Shown one piece after another: positions 1-10,200 of a stretch of 64,000 nt of DNA. The stretch is from Chthoniobacteraceae bacterium (GTDB taxonomy: Bacteria; Verrucomicrobiota; Verrucomicrobiia; Chthoniobacterales; Chthoniobacteraceae). Position 1 is the first letter of the stretch. Each line of letters begins with the position of its first letter. The translations under genes were made by a program, and so were the position numbers. The stretch covers positions 1-64,000 of the forward strand of contig JANNWY010000236.1 of the NCBI GenBank assembly GCA_031409335.1, read 5' to 3'. The notes below the pieces were generated by a model. That model saw only the letters and a list, made by a program, of their open reading frames with translations, was not told the DNA's origin and ran no database searches.

Positions 1-3000
1 ATGTCGTAAGTCGTGACGGAAAGATTGTTCGTCCCGATCGTGTCACTGCCATCGAGCGATAGCAGAATCTGCCCGGCGGAGAACGCCTGCCCGCCAAGCG
101 TCGTCGCGCTTTCCACGAGAGCAAGGCTGCGGATCTTCTGCCCATTGCCGATACCCGCGCTCGTGCCATCGATGAACTCCGTGAGCGTGCCGCCGGTCGG
201 ATTCGTCGCCATCGTCGTCGGCTGAAAGCGCGACACGTCCCTTTCGTAGGTGGCAGATGAGAGCGCGAGCAGGAAGTCACCCGCCTGGAGAGTCGTCCCA
301 CCGACCGTCACCGCTGACTCGACTAGGGCAAAGTCGTTGACGTCGTTACCGGTGTTTCCGGGATTGTTGAGCAGGATGGAGAAGGTGCCCGCCGAATAGT
401 CGCCCACGACGGTTGGGCGGAAGAGCACCACCTGACGGGGCGTCACCGCCACGCCGCCGAGGGTCTCGGTGCCGTCCACCGAGAAGAGGATGTCGCCCGC
501 CTCCAAGGTCACGGCATTGGTCGTTCCGACCGTCACCGAGCGGCGCACGACGTGGAGGCCATTTATGTCGGCATTGCCATCCGCCGCGAAGGTAGCGAGA
601 TCGAAGGCGGCGGAGAAAGTGCCGCCCGTCGTGCCCGGGCCGAGCGCAAGGTTCGGACCGGTGAAGCGGATCGCGGTGCTGTCGATCCAAGTCGTGAGGC
701 CGCCAGCCGTGGCGGTCGCGTTGCCCACACTCGAAATCCACAGCCCGACGCTCTCCCCGACCGTGGCATTGAGGGAAAACTCCGAAGTGTTGTTCAAGCT
801 GCTGGTCGCGGTGGCGGAGATGAATTCGCCGAGCGACACCGCAGCCGTGAACGACGCGGAGAAGCTGGCGTTGCCGCTCCCATCGGTCGTCACATCCATG
901 AAGCCGAGATAGCGCTGGCCCTCGCCGTAGCCGGTGCCATCCGCCGTGGGGCTGGCGAAAAATTCGAGGCGGAAGGTTCCGCTCGCGGTGCTATTGAGCG
1001 TCCCGGCGACAGTCAAAGACGAGCCATCGCGCAAGGCCGCATTGAGCACCGGGAAGTTTTGCCGGTTGTTCGCGCCGCCGTCCACGTCGTTGGCGTCGTT
1101 GGCGGTGACGCCAATCGTGTCGAGGTCGATGCCGAGCGTGGTGTTCGAGTAGATGAGATTGCCCAGCACCGCATGGCCGGTGCCGTTGACGATATCGACG
1201 CCGGCTTTGGTGTTGAAGGCAATCAGGTTGCCGGCACCAGCCACGGTCCCGCCGACGAGGTTGTTGGTCGAACTGTTCTGGATCTGCACCCCGTCGCCGA
1301 CCAGGTTGCCGCGAGGCTGGGTGCCGGTCACATCGGTGCCGATGTAGTTGCCCTGGATCACGTTGTTCGAGGAGTTGATCTCGATGCCTTCGTTGTTCCT
1401 CGAGATGATGTTGCGCGCCGCCACCGTCGTGCCGCCGATCGTGTTGCCGTCGCCGCTGAGGATCGCGAGGCCGACATCAACATTTCCACCGCCGGTCGCA
1501 CCATCCGGGTCGAGGCCGATGATATTCCCCTGGATGACGTGGCCCGTCACGCCGCTGGCCGAGAGGCTGATGCCGTCGTTGCCGCTGTTGGTGACGACGT
1601 TGCCATCGTAGGTGCCGGTTCCGCCGATCCGGGTATTGAGCGCGAAGGACTCGATCCCGTAGAAATTTCCGACGCCGGTCGAACTCGTGCCGGTGGTGCC
1701 GATCCAGTTGCCCGCGATCGTGACGTTGTCGGCCAGATTCTGCACCCGGATCCCGTCGGTTCCAAAGCGGGTGATCATCAGGCTGCGAATCGTGCTACCG
1801 TCGCCTGTCGCGGAGACATTCAGCCCGCTGAATGCCCCACTGGCCCCGTCCAGGCGGATGACCGGCGTGGTGGTGAAATCCGGCTCGGTGCTGCCGTCGA
1901 TGACGAGCGTGCCATTGATGGTCGGCAGCGCCGTGCCGGCCGTGATCGTGTGCGGCCCGACGCCGGCGATGTTGAACAGGATCAGGTCGATGGTGCTGCT
2001 CGCATTGGCCGCGGTGATCGCCTCGCGCAGCGAGATGCCATCCCCGCCCGGCGTGGCGAGGAGCGCCGCCACCGAACTCGTGTCGCCATTGATCGTGTCG
2101 GTCGTATTCGTGACGATGAGCGTCTGATTGACCGTCGTCACATTCCCCGCGAACTCCGAGGTCTCGACGGGATTCCCGGCCGCATCGAGCCGCGTCGCCG
2201 TGGCCGAGATGACCGCACCGACCCCGACATTTGCCAGGATCTCCGTGCCCCAGGTGGCGTTGTTCGTGCCGTCGGTGCGCACATTCACAAAGCCGAGATA
2301 GGTCTGCCCCTCGCCATTGCCCGAGCCATCGCCCGCGGTGTTCGAGAAGATCTCGATGCGATAGAAAGTGTTCGCGATCGAGTTCAGCGTGCCGCCCACG
2401 GCGAGCCGGCTGGCCGCATTCGTCACCGCGCGGGTGAGCACGGGGAAGTTTTGCAGATTGTTCGCGCCGCCGTCGGTGTCGTTCGCGTCGTTGGCCGTGA
2501 CGTTGTTTGCGCCGAGGTCGATGCCGAGGCCGGTATTCGTGTGGATCGTATTGCCAAGGAAGCGATTGCCCACGCCGGCGGTGGTGTCCGCCCAGATGCC
2601 GTCGCCCGCATTGTGGGCGATCACATTTCCCTCGCTCGTGCCGGTGCCGCCGATGGTGTGGTTCGCGGAGCCGTTCCAAATGTAGATGCCGCCGAGGGCG
2701 TTGCCGAGCGCCCCGCTGCCGGTGACGGTGGTGCCGATGTAGTTCCCGCGAATGACGCTCCCACTCGCGGAGCTGTAGATCTCGATGCCATACCCCAGAT
2801 TGCCGGAAATCAGGTTCCGATCCGCGGGCGCGGTGCCACCGACGATCACGCCATCCGCTTTGATAGCGAGCGCCCCGTAGGGTCCGCCGGTGGCGTTGCC
2901 GAGCGCCACCGTGCCGGAGACATCGGTGCCGAGGAAATTGCCGACGATCGTGGAGCCATCGGCGTTGACATCGACCTCGATGCCATTGTCGCCCGCGCCG

Positions 3001-4103
3001 CGGATGACTAGGCCGCGGACCGTGGAGGCGCCCGTCGTCAGGGCGATCGCGTTGAGGTCGCCCGCGCTCACGCCGGCGGCGTTGAGCTCGATGATCGGAC
3101 CTTTGCTGGCCGCGTATCCCGGCTGCGTCGAGCCGTCGATGATGACCGCCTCCGTCACGTCGAGGTTTGCCCCGCTCAAATTGATCCGATACCACGAGCG
3201 CGCCGTGCCCGCCGGGTAGTTCGCATCGAAGTCCGTGATCGCAGCATCCGCCAGCGTCGTGGTCACCGCTGCACTGAAGCCCGCCCCGCCATTGTCCCGG
3301 TAGTAAAAGTGATTCGCGTCGGTGAGCGGGATGTTGAAAGTGATGGTGTCCGTGCCCGCGAGCGCATTGGCATCGAGGATTGCCTGCCGCAGCGAACCGG
3401 CGCCGGAGTTGGCGGTATTCGTGACCGTGAAAGCTGCCAGCACGCTGGACCAGCTCTCCTGGAGCGCGGAGGTGAAGGCAATTCCGGTCGTCGTCTTGCC
3501 GATCCGATAGTCGAGCACCCAGTCGCCACCAAGCGCCGCCGCGCCGGTTTCATTCGCGCTCGCCTCGATGTCCGCCCGCGTCACCGCGGAAAACGCATCC
3601 AGCAACTGCCGCCCCGCCGCCCCGCCCGCGAGATCGCATCCGTAGAAAAGCAGGTCCGCATCTTCGCTCAGCGCATCGCCCCATGCCGCGATGCGATCGC
3701 GATTTTGCTCAAACGCCGCGCCGTCGATCCAGGTCGCCCCCAGCTTCACCGCCCGGTCCGTGCCGTGAGTCACGAAATGAATTGCATCAATGTCGCGCCG
3801 TCCCGCGAGCGCCTCGCTGACCTGCGCGATGCCATCGCGATTCGCATCCAGCATCACCACCTCGAACTCCCGCTGCGCGGAATCCTGCGAAGTCAGATCA
3901 TCGACCAGCTTTTGAAAACCCTCCACGCCCGTATCCACGAACACAATCTCGTGGGCAGCCGCGTCGGCGGCGCTGCTGACTTCCGTGTGCGCCTCGGTCG
4001 TCGCGAAATCATTCCGCATCTCCGGTGCATCCGGGATCGGGACGGTGACGCTGGAGAGGATGCGTTCCTCAAAAGTTTCGAGCAGGAGCGGTCGGCGTGG
4101 CAT
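1..4103 (-). CDS. Giant extracellular protein (3' end beyond window): LEPRxLL-like leader, DUF4347 domain, CSLREA-type motifs and right-handed beta-helix repeats
   Basis: Not in the ORF track because it has no stop in the window. Manual translation from ATG at 4103 gives MPRRPLLLETFEERILSS...EIVFVDTGV...IHFVTHG...LLFYGCDLA...GGDWVLDY (DUF4347), then TVTNTANSGAGSLRQAILDAN and DGISLREAITAAN, repeated GNxIG/NxI beta-helix strands and two GIDL...ANDANDxDGGANNxQNFPVL units; the frame stays open to position 1. Confidence 0.9.
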   Translation of the reverse strand, partial: MPRRPLLLETFEERILSSVTVPIPDAPEMRNDFATTEAHTEVSSAADAAAHEIVFVDTGVEGFQKLVDDLTSQDSAQREFEVVMLDANRDGIAQVSEALAGRRDIDAIHFVTHGTDRAVKLGATWIDGAAFEQNRDRIAAWGDALSEDADLLFYGCDLAGGAAGRQLLDAFSAVTRADIEASANETGAAALGGDWVLDYRIGKTTTGIAFTSALQESWSSVLAAFTVTNTANSGAGSLRQAILDANALAGTDTITFNIPLTDANHFYYRDNGGAGFSAAVTTTLADAAITDFDANYPAGTARSWYRINLSGANLDVTEAVIIDGSTQPGYAASKGPIIELNAAGVSAGDLNAIALTTGASTVRGLVIRGAGDNGIEVDVNADGSTIVGNFLGTDVSGTVALGNATGGPYGALAIKADGVIVGGTAPADRNLISGNLGYGIEIYSSASGSVIRGNYIGTTVTGSGALGNALGGIYIWNGSANHTIGGTGTSEGNVIAHNAGDGIWADTTAGVGNRFLGNTIHTNTGLGIDLGANNVTANDANDTDGGANNLQNFPVLTRAVTNAASRLAVGGTLNSIANTFYRIEIFSNTAGDGSGNGEGQTYLGFVNVRTDGTNNATWGTEILANVGVGAVISATATRLDAAGNPVETSEFAGNVTTVNQTLIVTNTTDTINGDTSSVAALLATPGGDGISLREAITAANASSTIDLILFNIAGVGPHTITAGTALPTINGTLVIDGSTEPDFTTTPVIRLDGASGAFSGLNVSATGDGSTIRSLMITRFGTDGIRVQNLADNVTIAGNWIGTTGTSSTGVGNFYGIESFALNTRIGGTGTYDGNVVTNSGNDGISLSASGVTGHVIQGNIIGLDPDGATGGGNVDVGLAILSGDGNTIGGTTVAARNIISRNNEGIEINSSNNVIQGNYIGTDVTGTQPRGNLVGDGVQIQNSSTNNLVGGTVAGAGNLIAFNTKAGVDIVNGTGHAVLGNLIYSNTTLGIDLDTIGVTANDANDVDGGANNRQNFPVLNAALRDGSSLTVAGTLNSTASGTFRLEFFASPTADGTGYGEGQRYLGFMDVTTDGSGNASFSASFTAAVSLGEFISATATSSLNNTSEFSLNATVGESVGLWISSVGNATATAGGLTTWIDSTAIRFTGPNLALGPGTTGGTFSAAFDLATFAADGNADINGLHVVRRSVTVGTTNAVTLEAGDILFSVDGTETLGGVAVTPRQVVLFRPTVVGDYSAGTFSILLNNPGNTGNDVNDFALVESAVTVGGTTLQAGDFLLALSSATYERDVSRFQPTTMATNPTGGTLTEFIDGTSAGIGNGQKIRSLALVESATTLGGQAFSAGQILLSLDGSDTIGTNNLSVTTYD

Positions 4104-4156
4104 TGGTTTTGATGGGCGCGAAATCGGCGGGATGGGATTTCAATCGCTTTTGAGAA

Positions 4157-4172
4157 AGCAACCGCCGTTCCA
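4157..4172 (-). promoter_or_regulatory. Putative sigma54 (-24/-12) promoter for the DUF4347 giant gene
   Basis: Minus strand reads TGGAACGGCGGTTGCT: GG-N10-GC with TTGC, one mismatch to TGGCACG-N4-TTGCW; ~54 nt upstream of the ATG at 4103. Confidence 0.6.
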
Positions 4173-4201
4173 CCGCCCCCGATCCTGTTACTTTCAGCGC
4201 G

Positions 4202-7200
4202 TCAATATCCACTCGCCGTCCCCTGCAATCCGAGCATCTCCCCGCCGTATTTCACGTTCCCGAGTTGCAGCGGATTTTCGAGCCCGAGCCCTTGCAGCAA
4301 CGGTGCGGGCCGCATCCCGAGCAGCGCGTTCATTTGCGCCCCGGTGAAGAAATGGCCGGGATTCAGCGCGGGCGAAAAGTAAGTGCGCAGATTGTAGCCC
4401 GTGCCGTCGGCGATACTGTAAGGCGCGGGGATTTCGGTGATGCGCACGCTGCTCGGCACATCGCGGATCGTCGAACTCGGGAAGGTCGCCAGCCAGTTTC
4501 CGCCCGCATCGACCATCACCGTTTGCTCGCCGATGGTCACGCCACGCGCATTCACCAGTGAGATGAAAAGCGTCGCACCCGGATCGGCCTCGCCGCTGTA
4601 AATCGGCGCTAGCGGCAGCAGGGGCAGGCGATAAATTTCTGGCTCGCCGCCGTAGTCGTAAAAGCCAGGGCGCGATCCGCCGCTGAAGTCGTTGAAGGAA
4701 TCGAACGCAAACACGAAGCCAGCCGCACCCGGCTTCACGCCCGTGAGATCGAACGCGCGATTGTTCTCCGGCGTCGGATCCTCAAAATTCCCGAACTCAT
4801 CCACGATCGTGACGGGATTCAAAATCTGTCCACCGTCCGGCACCTGCTCGACGATGACACTCACCGAGAGCTGGAATGTTTCGCCAGGCCGCACCGTCCC
4901 CAGATTCCACACCACCTCGCCATTCACCAGTTTCCCGCCATGCGATGCCGAGACAAATTTTACTCCCGGCGGCAAGGTATCGCGCACGGTCACTCCCCCC
5001 GCCGCCTGATCGCCCGCGTTTCCACCGCTGACCGAATAGGTCACGGTATCGCCCACCGTCGTGGTCGTGAGATTGTCGGTCTTGAAAATGTATAGGTCTG
5101 GCGTGGCGATCACCTCGTCCGTGTCGCGCGCCGTATTGTTCCCGGGCGTCGGATCGGGTCCCGAGCGTCCGGAATCCACCACCGTCACGATATTCGTGAA
5201 CGACTCGGACCCGCCGGGAATCTGCGCCTTCACCCGCGCCGTGATGGTCAGTGTGATCGTCTGCGCATCCGACCCGGCGAGGACGCCAAGGCTCCATCGG
5301 ATCGTGCCAGTCGCCGCGTCGAACACGCCGCCATTCGACGCGCCAAGGAAATCCAGCACGTCCGTCGGGAAACGATCCGTGACGAGCACGCCGTCCGCGT
5401 CCTGGAGCGCGGGATTGCGGATCGTGATGGTGTAAGTGAGCGCCTGGCCGGGTCGCACCTGCGCGCGCCCGTCGGTCTTCGTCACCACGAGATCGCTCGG
5501 CGTGCGCTCCCCGAAAAGGTAGTCCGTCGCATCGCTCCCACCGCCAATGCCGATGCCGGACGTCACATCATTCACGTTCGCATTTCCACCCACGCTCCCG
5601 ACCGTCTCACGCCCATCGCGGAAGCCAGAAGGCTGTATTTCGGTAAGGATGTAAGTTCCCGCAAGAAGACCGCTGAAGCTATAGCTGCCGTCCGCGAGCG
5701 TTGTGGTCGTGAGCGAGACAGCGCCACCATTCACGTTCACGCCGGTTAGTGTAATTTGCGCACCCTCGATCACAGGCTCCAACCCATCAAACAACCCATC
5801 GTTATTGATGTCGTGATAGACGATGCCAGCCAGCGATCCCGTGATCTCCCCGAAATCAACCGGAGGAGCAATGCTGCCAATCGCCAGCGACACCGGCACC
5901 GAATTCGCCGTGCTCGACCCATAAGCACCCGGCTGCGTCTCGACGACGGTATAGTCACCGGCGAGCAGATTGGTGAAGGTGTAAGTCCCATTCCCTGCCG
6001 TCGTGGTTGTCGCGACGACCTGGCCATTGGTGTCGATCAATTGCAGCGTCACTCCGCCGATGCCAGTCCCGACTTCATCAAGCGTCCCATTCCGATCCGT
6101 ATCGACAAAGACCGTGCCACCCAGCGAAAGGCCATTTTCACCGAAATGGTAGTCCGTCCCATTCGCCGCCGCTGGCAGCGTGATCGTTCCGATCGTGTCC
6201 GGGCTCACCAGCGATCCGCCACTTGTGCCGATCGTATCCGCTCCATCCAAATACTCGGCGGGCTGCGTCTCAGTGATCTGGTAAACACCCGCGGGCAGGT
6301 CGGCAAAAAGATAAGTCCCATCCGTCCCAGTCGTCCCATTAAGAATAACGACACCGCCATTCACATCCGTCCCGGTAAGATCGACCGTCACCCCCGCAAG
6401 TGGGCTGTCACCTGCCGAAAACACGCCATTCCCATCCCGGTCCAAATAGACCAGCCCGCTCAACGAACCGGCAGTCTCACCAAAGTCGATCACGCTCACG
6501 CCATCGGCGATGACGTTGATGCCGGGCACGCTATTCGGCGTGCTCGACCCATACGCAATCGGCTGGGCCGGCTGCCGGACCTGATAGCCTGCGCCCGGCG
6601 CGATGCCAGTGAACGAGTAACTACCATCTGGATTCGTCGTCGTCGTCGCGATCACCGCGTTGGTGTTATCGAGCAGGTTGATCACAATCCCGAACAGCCC
6701 GCGCTCGCCGCTATCGAGCGTCGTATCCCGATCGCGGTCGATGAAGACCGTGCCGATGATCGTGCCGGTGCCAGGAGGCGTCGCGAGCGTTTCGCCGAAG
6801 TCGTATCCCGTCGCGTCAAATGCCGCGCCAAGGCCGATCCCCGCGAACTGATCGTCCGTCAAAACCAGCACCCCTGCCGTGCCAACTGACTCAAAGCCAT
6901 CGTTGTAAAGCGCCGGTTGCGTCTCATCGAGCGTGTAGTTCCCCGAAAGCAGGCCAGTGAAGGAATAAAGTCCATCCGAACCAGTCGTCGTCGTCAGCGA
7001 AATCGCCGCGCCGCTGGCATCGGTGCCAGTGAGCGTCACGGTCGTCCCACCGATCCCGCTTTCGCCAGTGGCAAAGCTGCCGTCGAGATTGCTGTCGAGA
7101 TAGACCAGGCCCGCGATGCTCGAAGTCGTCTCCCCAAAGTTCACTCCAGTCCGACCCGTGACTGGCACGTTCACCGCGATGGTATCCGGCGTGCTCGATC

Positions 7201-10200
7201 CGTACCCGTTCGGCTGCGCCTCGATCACCGAATAGTTTCCCGCGGCGAGGTTGGTGAAACTGTAGGTGCCATCGGGCGCAGTCGTCGTCGTCGCAACCAC
7301 GCTGCCCGAGCTGTCGCGCAACTGCAGTGTGACGCCATCCAGTCCGGTTTCGCCTGGGTTCAGCACAGCGTTCCGGTTGGCATCGACGAAGACCTTGCCG
7401 CTCAAAGTGACCCCGCGTTCACCGAAGTTGTATTCGATCGCGTCAATGCCTCCGCCAAGCCCGATCGTCGAGAAGACATCGCTGCCAAGCACCCCACCGG
7501 AAGTGCCGATCGCATCAATCCCATCCGCGTAGCTCGCAGGCTGCGCTTCCGCCAGCCGGTAAGTCCCCGTGAGCAGGTTGCCAAAGAAGTAACTCCCATC
7601 CACGGCAGTAATGGTGGACCGACTCACCGCCGCGCCATTCACATCGGTTCCCGTGAGCGTCACCGTCACGCCCGCCACGGGAGTTTCCCCGATGTCGATC
7701 GAGCCGTCATTGTTCGCATCGACATACACCGACCCCGCAAGGCTTCCGTAAGTCTCACCAAAGTTTTGATCCGCAGTGATTACCCCGGCAGTTACCGTAA
7801 CGGGATTGAGCACATCCGGCGTGCTCGATCCATAGGCCGCGGGCTGGGTCTCGACCACGGTGTAGTCACCCGGCGCCAGATTGCTAAAGCGATACGCGCC
7901 CGCCGCATCGGTGGCCGTCGTGGCGACCACGATGCCAGCCGCATTGCGCAAACGAATCGTGACGCCCGCCAGCCCGTTCTCACCCGCATCCAGCGTCCCA
8001 CCCTTGTCCAAGTCCGCGAAGACCGTCCCCGTGATCGCGCCCCTGCCGGGAGGGAGATTCACCAGCTCACCGAACTGGTAGTCGATCCCATCCGTCGCCG
8101 CGGGAAGGACGATCGCATTCATCGCATCCGTCGGCACCAACGTGCCACCTAGCGACCCAAGCGTTTCCGCGCCGTCGCGATAAGCCAGCGGCTGAGTCTC
8201 GGTCAGTGTGTAAGTCCCGGCGACCAGATCGCTGAAGAGATAAGTTCCATCGCCAGCCGTCGTCGTGGTGCGCGAGACCGCCGCACCGTTGGCATCGGTC
8301 CCGGTCAGCCGCACTTGGACCCCGGCAAGCCCGGTATCGCCCGCCGTGAAGCCACCCGTGCGATCGGCATCAAGATAAACCAGCCCGCTGAGTGAGCCGG
8401 TAGTTTCGCCAAAGTTCACATCGGTCAACCCATCGACCGGAATCGTCAGAAGAAGCGAATTGGGCGAACTCGATCCATAGCCATTCGGCTGGGTCTGCTC
8501 AATGGTGTAATCCCCCGCGATTAAGTCGCCGAACAGATAGTTGCCAGAAGCATCGGTCTGCACCGTCGCCACGATTGCGTTGAGACTGTCGCGCAGCGTG
8601 AGCGTGACACCCACGATACGACCACTGTCTTCTGGATCGAGAAAACCATCCGCGCCCTTGTCGATGAAGACCGTGCCACTGAGCGATGTCCGCCGTTCGC
8701 CAAAGTTGTAAGCCGTCCCGTTCTGCCCCGGCGCAAGCGCGATCGCGCTCACCTCGTCATCGGCCAGCGTCCCGCCCACCGTGCCGACCGCATCGCCCGC
8801 ATCGAAGTATCCCAAGGGCTGCGTCTCAGTGATCGTATAAGTCCCGGGGCGCAGGTTGCTGAAGAGGTAATTGCCATTCACGTCGGTCACCACCGTCAAG
8901 CTAACGGGTGTGCCCAAGTCATCCGTCCCCATCAAGTCGATGGTGACGTTCTCAATCCCGCTCTCACCCACACCACGCACTCCGTCGCCATTCGCGTCGA
9001 TGAACACCGAACCAGCCAGTGACGATGGCACGAGTTCGCCAAAGTTGTTCCCGGTCGAAGCCACGCCACTTCCGAGGGTGATGCTGGAAATCACGTCATC
9101 CACCGAAAAGGCATCGCCTCCCGCCGTCCCCGCAGTCTCCTTCCCATCCAGGTAAACATCGAGCGGTGCGGAAGTCTGCGGCTGCTGCGTCACGGCATAG
9201 TCGCCCGCGATGAGTCCAATGAAAGAATACGCTCCATTGATCCCGGTGATCGTGCTGCGGATGATCGGATTGCCGAAGAAGTCTTCGCCGGTCAGCGTCA
9301 CCGTGACGCCCGCGATTGCCAGTTCAGGCACACTTCCGCCAGACTGGAAAACCCCGTCGTTGCTCGCGTCGGTATACACAAAGCCGGACAGCGTGCTGTT
9401 GCCACGGTAGCCAAAGTCGAGATCGGTCCGGCTCTGTGCGGCGTTTAGCTGGAACGCCGAGGTGTTCGCGCTGCCGATGCCATCGCGATCAAATGTCGGT
9501 GAGTTATACACCGCAGGCACTCCGCTCGTTGTGACGCGGAAGTTATTTCCCCCGCCGATGATACCGACTGGCAGACCTTCAAAGAGGTAGGTTCCGCTGG
9601 CATCGGTAGTCGTGGTGTAAGTGATGTTGTCGCCAGCCGTTGCCAGATTGCCGTCGAGCCCGCCGAAAAGCAGCGTGACTGTTACACCGTCAATGCCGGG
9701 TTCATCCAGATCGACCACACCATCGGCATCGAGATCATACCAAACCGTGTCGCCCACCGAGGCATCGCCCCGGTAGCCAAAGTCCGCGTCATCGCGCGTC
9801 TCGCCAGGAATAAGGCTCACTGCCGTCGTATTCGGTGTGCCGATCCCATCGAGATCGAATGTGGAAGTGAGATTCCCGGGAAGGGTTGCGGGGTTCACCG
9901 AAACCGCGAAGTCGCCAGCAGGCAGGCCCGTGAATTGGTAGCCACCCGCAGCGTCGGTCAAGGTGTTGTAGATCACATCATCACCACCGCCGAGCGTCGC
10001 ATCCTGCCCGAACCATGTGAGTGTGACCGCAGCATCGGGAATCCCCGGTTCGTTCGCGTCCTGCACGCCGTCCCCGTTGTTATCATTCCAAACAAAATCA
10101 CCGAGCGTGCCAGTGCCGCGATAGCCGAAGTCGATGTCGCTGCGATTGGCCCCGGTCGCGAGAGTGAGCGTGACAGTGTCCGGAGTACCCGTTCCGTCGA

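Noticed and set aside
552..4112. Long track ORFs 552..3011 (+), 1795..3195 (-) and 3309..4112 (+)
   Set aside because: Shadow frames of the real minus-strand DUF4347 gene; Arg-rich and motif-free, as expected in high-GC DNA.
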